The position numbers and the translations under genes were made by a program. A stretch of 64,000 nt of DNA from a virus: IMG/VR virus record IMGVR_UViG_3300032893_000017, positions 1 to 64,000 of that record. One strand, written 5' to 3'. The notes beneath the pieces are model-generated. The model made no database searches and had not been told where the DNA came from. It saw only the letters and a list, made by a program, of their open reading frames with translations. This document shows, piece by piece, positions 54,697 through 64,000 of this stretch. Numbering within the stretch: the stretch's first letter is position 1; every line of letters starts with the position of its first letter.

Positions 54697-55403
54697 TTTC
54701 TCTCGTCGTGTTCTTTTTTTGTCTCTAATATAATTAGCTGAAGATCATCAGCAATTTGCTGTAATAACACATCATCTTTAATTCTTTTAATTAAAACATT
54801 TTTAAACTTTAAAAACATTGTTTCAACTGCATCTCTTGAAAATACTACTTTAGGTGAATAAACTATATCATGGTGAGTTTTTTTCAACTGCATTAAACAA
54901 GATAATATTCCATCTCTTCCTACTAACAGCCATGGTTTCTTTTTTATTTCTCTATCTGAATAATTCTCAAGAACATATCTAAAATATGCTAGTATTACTT
55001 TTATTTCATCTTCTAAAGTTTCTAACTTCTCTCTAGGAAGTTGCTCCATTTGTTCTATTTCGTTTTTAAATAATTTTAAATTCTCTTTTCTTAGAATTCC
55101 AAATTGTTGATATAATTGAATCTCTTTTTCAACTTTTTTTTGAGGAGTATGTTTACCAAAATGTTTACCACAAAATAATTTACCTCTTATTGCTTCTTTT
55201 GAACATTGCTGATTTTTTTCTCCTACTTTTAAAATTGCCTGACATCTTATCCCTATACCTTTTTTATTAGATAATAATTTTTCCCATTTCATATTCTGCA
55301 ATCTATAGATTATTTGTTCTTTAGATTGTTTATTATTCTCTAGTAGTTCATCAAATTCTTTTTCTTTTTGTTGAATCTTTTTTTTATTGTTTTTATCTGT
55401 CAT
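54693..55403 (-). CDS. putative terminase small subunit
   Basis: RCQA...QC...FCGKHFG zinc motif; directly upstream of and overlapping TerL. Confidence 0.6.
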   Translation of the reverse strand: MTDKNNKKKIQQKEKEFDELLENNKQSKEQIIYRLQNMKWEKLLSNKKGIGIRCQAILKVGEKNQQCSKEAIRGKLFCGKHFGKHTPQKKVEKEIQLYQQFGILRKENLKLFKNEIEQMEQLPREKLETLEDEIKVILAYFRYVLENYSDREIKKKPWLLVGRDGILSCLMQLKKTHHDIVYSPKVVFSRDAVETMFLKFKNVLIKRIKDDVLLQQIADDLQLIILETKKEHDERK

Positions 55404-55690
55404 TTCTCTTTTCTTTCTATAGTTAATGTATAGAACTCTCTATTTTCAATTTTATCTACATTGTTATATATCGTTTTATAACATTTTTTATCATCACTTG
55501 AATTTTGTATAAAATAGATATACTTCTTAGCTGAGTTAGTAACAATATCAAACATTTCATTATCAATATAAATATGTCCCAAATAAACCCATTTTATTTT
55601 TTTACTGGATTCCAATGTAGGTTTCTCAGAAGATTGTATTTTAATAAATATATTATTTCTATTTATTTTCATTTTTTGTTTTCTAACCAA
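55400..55690 (-). CDS. hypothetical protein
   Basis: ORF; start uncertain. Confidence 0.45.
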   Translation of the reverse strand: MVRKQKMKINRNNIFIKIQSSEKPTLESSKKIKWVYLGHIYIDNEMFDIVTNSAKKYIYFIQNSSDDKKCYKTIYNNVDKIENREFYTLTIERKEK

Positions 55691-55935
55691 AGAACATAAT
55701 GAGGGATAAAATCAACAATACATTTCAAACCTGCTTTTTCTTGAATGTAAGCATCTTGTCCTGTTTCTTTTTTGTACTGTTCTCTTTTATCCTGACTGTC
55801 TTTTGTTATTTTTTCAAAAATACAATCGGTAACATTACATCCTTTAATTTTATCTTTGCATACATATTCTTCTAGACTTTCATTGTTGTTTATTTTTATC
55901 ATATTTTTGCATTTTAATTTCTTCTTCTCTGTCAT
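55669..55935 (-). CDS. hypothetical protein
   Basis: ORF with AAGGAG RBS. Confidence 0.55.
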   Translation of the reverse strand: MTEKKKLKCKNMIKINNNESLEEYVCKDKIKGCNVTDCIFEKITKDSQDKREQYKKETGQDAYIQEKAGLKCIVDFIPHYVLWLENKK

Positions 55936-55938
55936 AAT

Positions 55939-56583
55939 TTACTCCTTTATTAATAAATTAAAATATGGTAACTTCTCAATATATTCACAAAATTGTGACC
56001 AATAGAACATTTTATGATTTTTCCTTGTATTATAAATATTTCTTAATACCTCATAATTTGCTGTCCAATGAGATTCTAAAAGATAACCAGATGGAAGATT
56101 AGCATCTATAAGTTCAAATAAAACTTTTATATCTCCAGCTTCATTTGGTAACTTATTATATTTTCTAATAAGCTCGTTTAGTTTATTCAACATTTCAGGC
56201 AATATATTTCTTTCAAAATCATCCTGAGTAACCTCGCCTTTAGTTAGACAGTGCATAGTAGACTCAGAATTTCTAACTGTTCCTATTTTAAAAGTATCCA
56301 TTTGAGCCCAAAACTTAATAGATCCTTTAATATCCATTGAAACTAAAATCTGTCTAAGAAACTTTCTCTCTGCTGAAGTCTTCAATAATTTTTTAATAAG
56401 CTTTTCATCTTCTTCGCCTATTTCACAATGATTAAAAGATTCCCATAATATAGGTTCAGTTGCTATTTGACTAGAATAATATTTGGATTGAATACTATCA
56501 CTTTTATCTTTTGATTTAAAACTATTCCTTATTCCCAGAATTGCTGGATACATATTATAGATAGCTATATTTTTTACCTGCAT
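55939..56583 (-). CDS. ThyX-like (FAD-dependent thymidylate synthase fold) protein
   Basis: RKFLRQI.V..DI...W.Q.DTFKIG...NSESTMH...LPSGY...NYEVLRNIY..RKNH pattern. Confidence 0.65.
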   Translation of the reverse strand: MQVKNIAIYNMYPAILGIRNSFKSKDKSDSIQSKYYSSQIATEPILWESFNHCEIGEEDEKLIKKLLKTSAERKFLRQILVSMDIKGSIKFWAQMDTFKIGTVRNSESTMHCLTKGEVTQDDFERNILPEMLNKLNELIRKYNKLPNEAGDIKVLFELIDANLPSGYLLESHWTANYEVLRNIYNTRKNHKMFYWSQFCEYIEKLPYFNLLIKE

Positions 56584-56954
56584 ATTTCCTCCTGTATTTC
56601 CACGTTATGTTCTTCCTGTTCTGCAGCTTTAAAATGTTTCTTGGGATGTTCTCCTTTCATAAATTCTAACAACATTAAATTAGCTACATCTACTAGATAT
56701 TCTGTATTTCCTGTAAATAAGTATTCTTGTAATTTACTTTTTGCATATTTCACATAATTATATTTCTTTGCTTTTCCATATCTAAAAAATCCCATTATCA
56801 TTCTATTTTTCATAAGAGTTTCAAATTCAACAGACCAATTTTCTTTTAATATTTCTTTTAAAGATAAAGCTTTTAAATTATTTAATATTGATAATTCATT
56901 TTCTTTCATACTACATTTCCACTTCCATAAATTCTTATAAAATTCTCTTATCAT
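56574..56954 (-). CDS. conserved phage protein (possible all-alpha nucleotide pyrophosphatase-like)
   Basis: LMKNRMIMGFFRYG...TGNTEYLVDVANLMLLEF. Confidence 0.5.
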   Translation of the reverse strand: MIREFYKNLWKWKCSMKENELSILNNLKALSLKEILKENWSVEFETLMKNRMIMGFFRYGKAKKYNYVKYAKSKLQEYLFTGNTEYLVDVANLMLLEFMKGEHPKKHFKAAEQEEHNVEIQEEICR

Positions 56955-57059
56955 TTGCTTCTTTTAAATGTTGCTATAATAGGATTTTTCATCCATTCAT
57001 TTATTCTTTTATGAAAAGCATTTAAAGATTGAAATATTTCTATCCATTCTTTGTCTGTT

Positions 57060-57578
57060 TTAATGTTTTTCTTCTTCTTCATATTTTATAAACCCACAGT
57101 TTCTCATAATTCTTTCTTCATGCTCATCTAATAAAGGAAGATTATCTACTAAACAATAATATATATCTATATCTACTTGTTCGTTTAAGAGTTTATTATA
57201 TTCTTGTTGTTTTGTATCCCATTCTTCTTGAGTGGATACTATTCTAGTATCATTGATTTCTATTTTCTCTTCCTTTGCTTCTCCTACTGGAACAGCTTCT
57301 TCTTTTGATTCTGGCTTTTCGTCTTTCGGAATTTCTTTTACTTCTGTATCTTTTAATGTTGGATCTGCTAATTTATGAGTCTGTAACCAAAGACATAATT
57401 CTACAAAAGATTTATTGGCTCTTATTGCTCTAATTAAAACTTCCCTTGTTCTGTCTTTTGCATAAAAGAATTTTGAACTACATTTCCCCCAAGCAGGCAT
57501 TCCTTTAGCGTGTGCTTCTGCTTCCCTTCTGTCAAAAACTTCTAGCAATAAAGTAATAGATAAAAAATTCAATTTCAT
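57060..57578 (-). CDS. hypothetical protein
   Basis: ORF with AAGGAG RBS. Confidence 0.6.
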   Translation of the reverse strand: MKLNFLSITLLLEVFDRREAEAHAKGMPAWGKCSSKFFYAKDRTREVLIRAIRANKSFVELCLWLQTHKLADPTLKDTEVKEIPKDEKPESKEEAVPVGEAKEEKIEINDTRIVSTQEEWDTKQQEYNKLLNEQVDIDIYYCLVDNLPLLDEHEERIMRNCGFIKYEEEEKH

Positions 57579-57596
57579 TTAAAACTCCTTATATAA

Positions 57597-58037
57597 TTAT
57601 TTTTGTAATTCATTAAATATATTTTTCTCTTTTACTAATTCAAATGTTTCTGGTTGCCATTTTTTCTTTCTTCCACATTTCAAAGATTCCTTAATTAAAT
57701 CATATCCTGAGTGTCCTTTAAATTTTATTTCTTCTTCTCTATTTATTTTATAAAACTCATGAGGATCCTTAATATTTATTGAAACAGCATACAATTCAAA
57801 CTCGTCTATAATCCTTACATTCTTTTCTTTATGAAACTTTTTGATTATTCCTATACATTCCATTTTTATTTTATCTTTTAATTTTTTATTATAATAATCT
57901 CTTATCTGCTCTCTTATGAACCTATCAAAAATCATTTCTTGCTTTGTTTTGCATTCTTTATACAGTTCAAAAATAGCTTTAATAAAAAGAGATACAAAAA
58001 TAACTACTAACATAAAAATCAAAAAATTATTTAACAT
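57597..58037 (-). CDS. hypothetical membrane-anchored protein
   Basis: N-terminal hydrophobic helix. Confidence 0.55.
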   Translation of the reverse strand: MLNNFLIFMLVVIFVSLFIKAIFELYKECKTKQEMIFDRFIREQIRDYYNKKLKDKIKMECIGIIKKFHKEKNVRIIDEFELYAVSINIKDPHEFYKINREEEIKFKGHSGYDLIKESLKCGRKKKWQPETFELVKEKNIFNELQK

Positions 58038-58049
58038 AATCTTATTTCC

Positions 58050-58457
58050 TTATACAAATTCTGGATTTTCATAAATATCTCCTATAATCTCTATTATTTC
58101 ATTTTCAAAATTCCCAAAAGCTAATCCATTTCTATAATCCTCACCAATTGTAATATAACAAGCCATATTTTCATCATAAGATATATATCCTGTCATAATA
58201 TAATCCAATTTATTTTTACAAGTTTCACATTTACAATTTGGTTTATTATATCTTTTTATAATATCACCCTCATAAATCTCTTTCCCATTTTTATCTTTTA
58301 ATCCGGTATATTGCATAAGTTCAAAATTTTCTTTTTTTAAATCATCATATTCATCCAAATCTAAAATATATAACCTTAATATTCTTAATAATTGAATATC
58401 AGAATACCACATAAATTTATCTATTTTATTCCAAGCACGAAATTTAATTTCTCTCAT
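58050..58457 (-). CDS. YopX-family protein
   Basis: MREIKFRAW...LMQYTGLKDKNGKEIYEGDII...EIIGDIYENPE. Confidence 0.9.
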   Translation of the reverse strand: MREIKFRAWNKIDKFMWYSDIQLLRILRLYILDLDEYDDLKKENFELMQYTGLKDKNGKEIYEGDIIKRYNKPNCKCETCKNKLDYIMTGYISYDENMACYITIGEDYRNGLAFGNFENEIIEIIGDIYENPEFV

Positions 58458-58618
58458 ACCTCTTCCTTCTCAATAAAATCTATACATCCATATTCTTCAT
58501 AAATACATGGACTTAAAAATAATCTCCATCTCCATTTGCCCTTTATATGTCTTTGACATCTTTTGCAACGTTTACTTTTTTTACCATGACAATAAAATAT
58601 TATCATTTTAATCACCTT

Positions 58619-58843
58619 TTATTTTTTAATATAAGCTAGCATTTCATTAATATTCTTTCTAAGAGTATTGTATATATGCCGGTTAAAAAGCCTCTCATTT
58701 ATATCAATAAAATTAACACAGAATCTTTCCATCTTTCCTTTATGATCACATTCTACTTGAAATTCTGATTTCTTTGAATCTTGTATTGGAACAATCTTTA
58801 ATGCTGGAAAATCTTTTCTTAGTCTTTCTATATATACATTCAT
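58619..58843 (-). CDS. hypothetical protein
   Basis: ORF. Confidence 0.5.
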   Translation of the reverse strand: MNVYIERLRKDFPALKIVPIQDSKKSEFQVECDHKGKMERFCVNFIDINERLFNRHIYNTLRKNINEMLAYIKK

Positions 58844-58844
58844 A

Positions 58845-59102
58845 TTATTTTCCTAACAAATCATTCATCTTCTGCTCTAAATTCTCCGTTACCCTGGAGG
58901 TTCCTATAATTTGTTCATCATATTTAATTTTGCATTTCAAATGAACAAATCCAGTAGGTAGATTTTTTGCTTCTATTGGAATATTTTGTTTTTCAACCTT
59001 ATTTCCTTCTTTATCTATTATAGTATAGATATCTGTAGGTAAAATGGGTTTCCAACAAACTGAACATTTATGATACATTCTTCTTTCCTTTTTTTGTTGC
59101 AA
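58845..59102 (-). CDS. hypothetical protein (CxxC...HxxC)
   Basis: ORF; probable start at MYHKC. Confidence 0.5.
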   Translation of the reverse strand: MQQKKERRMYHKCSVCWKPILPTDIYTIIDKEGNKVEKQNIPIEAKNLPTGFVHLKCKIKYDEQIIGTSRVTENLEQKMNDLLGK

Positions 59103-59520
59103 GATTCTTATGTTGTCTTTGATACCCGTTTAGATCCTCTTCTAATAAATCTTCATTTTCTTTAAGTTCTTGTAAATCAGGATCCAGTGGTTCTACTTGT
59201 TCTGGTTCTTCCATTTTCTCTTTTGTTACTTTATCTTCGATTTTCTGTTCTTGTATTACTTCTGATCCTTTTATTTCTCCTGCATTTGTCGCATCCAAAT
59301 AACCTTTTTCATGTGCAGACTTTTCTCTAATTACAAAATTATCCAATATTGTAGAAGCAAATCTTTCAAAGTTACTTCCTTTCCTGAAATCATATTCAGT
59401 AATTGGATCATTCGGATTGAAAGCTTTTCCATATTTAGCTATACCCAAAACTTTCATCAATTCAACTTTTAATAATTCTTCCCCGTCCATCAATTTTAAA
59501 TCTTTGTCTAATTTTAACAT
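59068..59520 (-). CDS. hypothetical protein
   Basis: ORF with AAGGAG RBS. Confidence 0.6.
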   Translation of the reverse strand: MLKLDKDLKLMDGEELLKVELMKVLGIAKYGKAFNPNDPITEYDFRKGSNFERFASTILDNFVIREKSAHEKGYLDATNAGEIKGSEVIQEQKIEDKVTKEKMEEPEQVEPLDPDLQELKENEDLLEEDLNGYQRQHKNLATKKGKKNVS

Positions 59521-59533
59521 ATTTATTCTCCTT

Positions 59534-60622
59534 TCATTTTATTTGATTAACTATTTCTTCTTTTAAACTATTATTCTTTTCAAATAGTTCAAAAAAATCA
59601 ACAGTATTATAAGCTTTCTTTTTATATTTTAATTTTGTTCTTTCTTTATTACTGTCTACTATTCCTTTTATAGCAAGAAAATTAGCTAAATCCCAGACTT
59701 CATCAAAACCAAATCCATACAATAATTTCAATTGGCAAGTCTTTTGTGGAATATAAAGTTTATTCTTAACTGTTTTGCAGTTTACTAAAATACCTACTTC
59801 TTCCTTTTCTTTTTTATTCTCTTCTTCGTCTTCTACGGTTTCCTCTTTTGACTCTACTACATCATCTAAAGTTTTAACTTTTGAAACTATTTTATTTGCT
59901 CTTAATGTTTTACATTGTATTCTACACCACTCGAAGAATTTAAGCGATTTTCCCCCTTTCGTATCTTCTGTCTTTCCATATTGTCCTATCACAGAAGATA
60001 GCTGATTTATTAAAATAAAAGCAAATTGTTTTTTATCTGCAAGTTTTGAAAATCTTGTTGATACTTTTCCAAATAATCTAGAATGAACTCCCATATTTTC
60101 TTTACTGTAATTTCCTTCCATTTGACTTCGAGTTCTTGCCCCACCTACACTATCACAAATAAATAAATCAAAATTAAACTTATTTATAAGTTCCTCTGCC
60201 ATATCAAAACCTTGTTCTCCAAAGTCCGGTTTAAAATAATAAAAGTATTCTGGATCTATATTCATTTGACTTGCATAGTATTGATTTAATCCTCTTTCAA
60301 AGTCACCATAAAGAACTCTTGCTCCATTTTTAGCAGCATGTTTTGATATTGATAAAGCTATTGAAGTCTTTCCTACAGATTCACTTCCAAAGAATTCTAT
60401 CATCTTTCCTTTAGGAGCACCACACATCATATCTCCTGTAATAATATAATTAAGATAATAAGAACCTGTATGAATAAAATCTAATGAACTGTATTTCTCA
60501 TTTTTATCTGGGAGTTTAAAAACATAGTTACCAAACTTTTTCTTTGAGTATTCTAGAATGTCGTCTTTTTTCTTATTGGACTTTTTCTTTTTTTCATCTA
60601 TCTCGTTTAAGTTCTTTTTCAT
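59534..60622 (-). CDS. recA: RecA/UvsX-like recombinase
   Basis: HTGS..L, IEFFGSESVGKTS, PDFGEQ, ICDSVG, INQL, GGKSLKF, VKNK. Confidence 0.9.
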   Translation of the reverse strand: MKKNLNEIDEKKKKSNKKKDDILEYSKKKFGNYVFKLPDKNEKYSSLDFIHTGSYYLNYIITGDMMCGAPKGKMIEFFGSESVGKTSIALSISKHAAKNGARVLYGDFERGLNQYYASQMNIDPEYFYYFKPDFGEQGFDMAEELINKFNFDLFICDSVGGARTRSQMEGNYSKENMGVHSRLFGKVSTRFSKLADKKQFAFILINQLSSVIGQYGKTEDTKGGKSLKFFEWCRIQCKTLRANKIVSKVKTLDDVVESKEETVEDEEENKKEKEEVGILVNCKTVKNKLYIPQKTCQLKLLYGFGFDEVWDLANFLAIKGIVDSNKERTKLKYKKKAYNTVDFFELFEKNNSLKEEIVNQIK

Positions 60623-60783
60623 TACTTTCTATTCTCCAATACTTTTTGAACTTCTTCTTGACTACATTCTTTCAAAAACTTCTTTCCTTTTCTCCTAAAA
60701 TATTTTGGAGCCAAATCTTCTCCATTTTTATTTCTTCTTATTCCATATATATTTTGCTGTGATTTACTTTTTCCTGCTGCCAT
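60622..60783 (-). CDS. small basic hypothetical protein (not in track)
   Basis: 53 aa MAAGKSKSQQ...; AAGGAG RBS; TAATG coupling to recA. Confidence 0.55.
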   Translation of the reverse strand: MAAGKSKSQQNIYGIRRNKNGEDLAPKYFRRKGKKFLKECSQEEVQKVLENRK

Positions 60784-60797
60784 TTTATCTCCTTAAT

Positions 60798-60901
60798 AAA
60801 AAAATAGTGTAGATTGGAAGGTAAACAACCAATAACAATTAGTTTCTATTATTTTAAGACATTATAGCTAATTGCTTCTCATCCAACAAGACTACACTAT
60901 T
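60798..60901 (-). other. long irregular RNA hairpin with U-tract (terminator or structured RNA)
   Basis: Nested pairings AAUAGUGUAG/CUACACUAUU, UUGGA/UCCAA, CAAUUAG/CUAAUUG. Confidence 0.55.
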
Positions 60902-60906
60902 AGATC

Positions 60907-61935
60907 TTAAAACTCATCGTCTTCTTCGTCTTTTTTCTTAGAACTTTTCTTTACTTTTCCTATAGGTTTCTTTTTTCCTTTATCTCTATTAACTTTCTTT
61001 CTTGGTTGCTCTTCTACTTCATCCTCAAATTCATCTTCTACAGAATCTGTTTCGCCATCGTCATCTTGTATTTCTTCTTCTGGCTCATCTTCAAAGTCAT
61101 CGTCCTCAAAATCATTATCCTGTTCTTCCTCAACTTCCTCATCTTCAAACTCTACTTCTCCAGATAAAAATTCCTTCATGATTTTTTTAACTTCAGCATC
61201 TGTTTTATAATAAAATGTTTTATCTATATCAGGTAAGTCTCCTTCTGCTTTAGGACTTTTACTTATCTTATCGCATGGAACAATTTCTACAGGTGTATTC
61301 TGTTTTGTCACTTCACCTTTTGGAGCTTCTTTAACAAACATCAAATTTCTATTAACCAAATCATCCGATGTTTTCATAAAGGAGTATTTCTCAAAGATAC
61401 TTAATGTAAGCTTATCAAACTGTATCTTTGATAACTGTAATATTTTAGGCTGTGTTTCCCATTCTGGAACATACTCTACAATAAAACCTTTCTTTGTTTT
61501 TATCTTTTCTTTTACTGCTTCTCCAGCAACAGCAACAAACTTTGTAGTTTGTTTTGTTATCAACATCTTTCCTTGCTTTTTCATTTCGTCAATTTCCATT
61601 TCAAGTTGCTTTGCTTTTTTAGCATCGTTTTTTTGCTTTAATATTTCTACTTTGTCTTTTAATTCCTTAATTGGATCCCAGAAATGTTCTTTTGCTACTT
61701 GACAAGCAGGACAAGAATCTGGAGCATAACCTTTACTCTCCAATCCCCCTAAACAAACAAAAGAATAAAACTTCTTTCCTATTTCAAAAGAATGAAGAAA
61801 TTCAGAAACAAACTCTTTTCCTAGAAGCCTTACAAAAATCCTTCCTTTTTTAAACTTAATATAGCTGTTCTTCCCTCGATCCCCTGCATGGGAAGTTGAA
61901 TCTATATCTTTTTTATTATCGATTGAACCTTTCAT
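60907..61935 (-). CDS. single-stranded DNA-binding protein (gp32-like)
   Basis: VRLL...H...C...CPAC zinc motif; very acidic C-terminus; next to RecA. Confidence 0.7.
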   Translation of the reverse strand: MKGSIDNKKDIDSTSHAGDRGKNSYIKFKKGRIFVRLLGKEFVSEFLHSFEIGKKFYSFVCLGGLESKGYAPDSCPACQVAKEHFWDPIKELKDKVEILKQKNDAKKAKQLEMEIDEMKKQGKMLITKQTTKFVAVAGEAVKEKIKTKKGFIVEYVPEWETQPKILQLSKIQFDKLTLSIFEKYSFMKTSDDLVNRNLMFVKEAPKGEVTKQNTPVEIVPCDKISKSPKAEGDLPDIDKTFYYKTDAEVKKIMKEFLSGEVEFEDEEVEEEQDNDFEDDDFEDEPEEEIQDDDGETDSVEDEFEDEVEEQPRKKVNRDKGKKKPIGKVKKSSKKKDEEDDEF

Positions 61936-61975
61936 AAATATATCCTCCTTTATTTTGGTTTCTTTCCTATATAAG

Positions 61976-62009
61976 TAATTATATACTCTTTTATAAGATT
62001 TTGTAACAA
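61976..62009 (-). promoter_or_regulatory. promoter motif TTGTTACAAA-N14-TATATAATTA
   Basis: Duplicate of 52725-52758. Confidence 0.7.
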
Positions 62010-62013
62010 AAAT

Positions 62014-62526
62014 TTATATATTTTTTCTTCTAAAGTATTCCCCCATCAATAAACTATCTCCATCTCCATGTTTCTCTATTTCTTTTTTATATTTTGGAAA
62101 TAATCTACTTGCTATATCACAACTAGCTTTTTTTAATTCTCCTTTTTCTAACCCCTTTGGGAGCATTCCTTTTTGCCATTCACGACTATCAACATAATTT
62201 AAAGAAAATCGCATTTGTTCAATTATAATTAGAGTTGCTTCCAACGCCCTTATAGCAGATACAGAAGCCTTCCACCTCATAGGATTTATCATAGGTCTTT
62301 CTAAATATACTTTTACATTGAAATTGTTTTTAGATTCTACTGTTAATGTAAAAGCTGAAAATATAACTTTCAATCTATTTATATCTATTCTAGTAATAAA
62401 TTGTTTCTGTTTCGTATAACTTAATTCTTTTCTTACAGGAGTTAAATGAAAACTATATAACCCATCAAAGAAAATAGCTATACTACCTGAAATTCCGTTA
62501 TCGATAGCAATTATCGTCTCTTTCAT
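62014..62526 (-). CDS. RuvC-like Holliday junction resolvase
   Basis: IAIDNG.SG, VYLER, WQK, DGDSLLM. Confidence 0.75.
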   Translation of the reverse strand: MKETIIAIDNGISGSIAIFFDGLYSFHLTPVRKELSYTKQKQFITRIDINRLKVIFSAFTLTVESKNNFNVKVYLERPMINPMRWKASVSAIRALEATLIIIEQMRFSLNYVDSREWQKGMLPKGLEKGELKKASCDIASRLFPKYKKEIEKHGDGDSLLMGEYFRRKNI

Positions 62527-63167
62527 TTTTTATCCTTTGAATTTAAAACATATTTATTATTATCTATCCATTTTATTATTGGAATGCCTACTGGAAGAAC
62601 ACTTTTAAAGTATTTAATATTTTCCCAAATAAACCATGCATATACCATCATTCCTGTTTTATATTTTCCATCTTTCCTTCTTGTTTCTTCCAATAATGGA
62701 TATCTTGTAAAAATATAAATTTTTGTTAATGGATAACTTTCATCAAGAAATATTTTTTGTTCATATCTTTTTTGACCATGCAAATATGAAAGTGGAAGTA
62801 ACATTGCAAATTTTTCTTTTGCTATTTCTTTTGATTTCTGAATAAATTCAAATGCTAACCTAAAAGGTGGATTCGTTATTATATAATCAACGGGTGTAAT
62901 ACAATCATTAGTTAAAAAATTTTGATATTTATGATATAGAATATCACTTGAATAAATATTTTCTTCATTAAAAAATTTTTTTAATATTTTTCTTATTGCT
63001 CCTTTTCCACATGCAGGTTCTCTTATTTTTTTATTATAATCAAATTTTTCATTCTCTAATAATTGTTCTGTCATACTGTAAGGTGTTTGATAAAAATCTG
63101 ATTTATGTCTTTGCCCTCTATTACAAGCACTAAAACATTTACCTTTCATTTTATTTCCTTTAAACAT
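62523..63167 (-). CDS. N6-adenine DNA methyltransferase
   Basis: DFYQTP, EPACGKG (SAM-binding), ITNPPF (catalytic). Confidence 0.85.
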   Translation of the reverse strand: MFKGNKMKGKCFSACNRGQRHKSDFYQTPYSMTEQLLENEKFDYNKKIREPACGKGAIRKILKKFFNEENIYSSDILYHKYQNFLTNDCITPVDYIITNPPFRLAFEFIQKSKEIAKEKFAMLLPLSYLHGQKRYEQKIFLDESYPLTKIYIFTRYPLLEETRRKDGKYKTGMMVYAWFIWENIKYFKSVLPVGIPIIKWIDNNKYVLNSKDKK

Positions 63168-64000
63168 ATTTCTTTATTTTTTCTATCAAATGTTTCATTT
63201 CGTAACTTTCTAATTTTTTAAAAAATTCCTTCTTGTTCTTTTTTCTTCTTATACTATTCATTTCGCCATTTAACTCTTGAAATTTAACTAGCTCATAATT
63301 TTCTCTTATCTTATCTATATTATCTATAATAAAATTCTTTAATAAAGATGTTCCATTTGAGAATCTTAAATTATCAATAAATAATAAATCTCCTTTTATT
63401 TCTTCTAGAATAGAAATTAACTCTTTTATTGTTTTCTTATTTTCTGTTTGCTTTGCTCTGAATATCCCATGTATATTATCGCAGGCATCTCCTATAATTG
63501 CTTTAAACAGTGGATAATATTTTATATCCATTCCCAAACTTTCTTCTATCTCCGATTTACAGTAGACTTTATCTTCTATTTGAATTAACTTTTTATCATT
63601 TATAATATTTATAAGCCAGTCATTATCTTTAGAAATAAATAATACATTCCTTTCTTTATATTGCTTAGCAAAATAATATGCTAAATCATCTGCTTCCATT
63701 CCTTCTTTATAATATTGTTCTACATCTAAATAAGATAATAAATTCTCGAGCTCTTTTACTTTTTGTATAAAACTATCTTCAGCAGTTTTTCTGTTTGCTT
63801 TGTATTCTTTTGATATTTTCTTTTTATTACTATTTCTATCCCATAAGAAAATTATTCTTACTTGTTCTCCATATTTCATTTTTAAACCACAATAGAAATT
63901 CAATATCCCATAAAAGATCCCTGTATCTCTTCCTTTACTGTCTTTTAGGTTTCTCATACTCCAATTATAACGGTGTACTAAATTAAGAGCATCTATTATT
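63160..64000 (-). CDS. 5'-3' exonuclease / RNase H (FEN-like), N-terminus off window
   Basis: YKANR, EADD, SKDND, GDACDNIHG; frame open to the edge (IIDALNLVHRY). Confidence 0.85.
   Translation of the reverse strand, partial: IIDALNLVHRYNWSMRNLKDSKGRDTGIFYGILNFYCGLKMKYGEQVRIIFLWDRNSNKKKISKEYKANRKTAEDSFIQKVKELENLLSYLDVEQYYKEGMEADDLAYYFAKQYKERNVLFISKDNDWLINIINDKKLIQIEDKVYCKSEIEESLGMDIKYYPLFKAIIGDACDNIHGIFRAKQTENKKTIKELISILEEIKGDLLFIDNLRFSNGTSLLKNFIIDNIDKIRENYELVKFQELNGEMNSIRRKKNKKEFFKKLESYEMKHLIEKIKKYV

Noticed and set aside
54745-54751. Other CUGAUGA heptamers (e.g. here and 1932-1938)
   Set aside because: They lie inside coding sequence without the flanking stems or GAAA/UH core.
185-63986. 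All + strand ORFs in the track
   Set aside because: They are antisense shadows of minus-strand genes (F/S/L-rich, no RBS, no motifs).
1-64000. Stop-codon reassignment
   Set aside because: Long genes are intact under code 11, and TAA, TAG and TGA all end genes at sensible positions.
1-64000. tRNA, rRNA, integrase, reverse transcriptase/DGR
   Set aside because: None recognised by eye; intergenic gaps are short and accounted for. A tRNAscan/HMM run would be needed to exclude them fully.

Overview
This is a 64-kb, AT-rich piece of a large contractile-tailed (myovirus-type) dsDNA phage genome. Essentially every real gene lies on the minus strand, and the + strand ORFs are antisense shadows. In transcription order (right to left) it contains: (1) replication/recombination genes (5'-3' exonuclease, N6-adenine MTase, RuvC-like resolvase, gp32-like SSB, RecA/UvsX, ThyX-like); (2) small and large terminase; (3) a ParM-like actin locus, an M23 peptidase and two lipoproteins; (4) the portal; (5) a block of large multidomain 'polyvalent' head-cargo proteins (sigma factor, zincins, MuF-pyrophosphatase-ADP-ribosyltransferase, SNF2 helicase); (6) a ~6-kb operon of tiny early-type genes; (7) a GIY-YIG endonuclease, prohead protease, scaffold, major capsid, neck, sheath, tube, chaperones, tape measure, baseplate and the start of a tail fibre. 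Two systems stand out. First, the small-gene operon (about 25.7-30.3 kb) is punctuated between stop codons and ribosome-binding sites by three self-cleaving ribozymes that I could fold by hand (type I hammerhead, permuted twister, pseudoknotted type II hammerhead). It also carries three copies of an unidentified covarying stem-loop in the same kind of position, a candidate new RNA-processing element. Second, the cargo proteins look like polyproteins separated by the same hydrophobic-x-K|S/A motif found in the capsid, scaffold and protease. Several modules, including a sigma factor and an ADP-ribosyltransferase, start with a repeated HKY(L/I)(R/K)(R/K)xG..YxY tag, which suggests a protease-processed, tagged virion cargo-delivery system. 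All protein calls come from motif recognition and synteny; no database searches were run.
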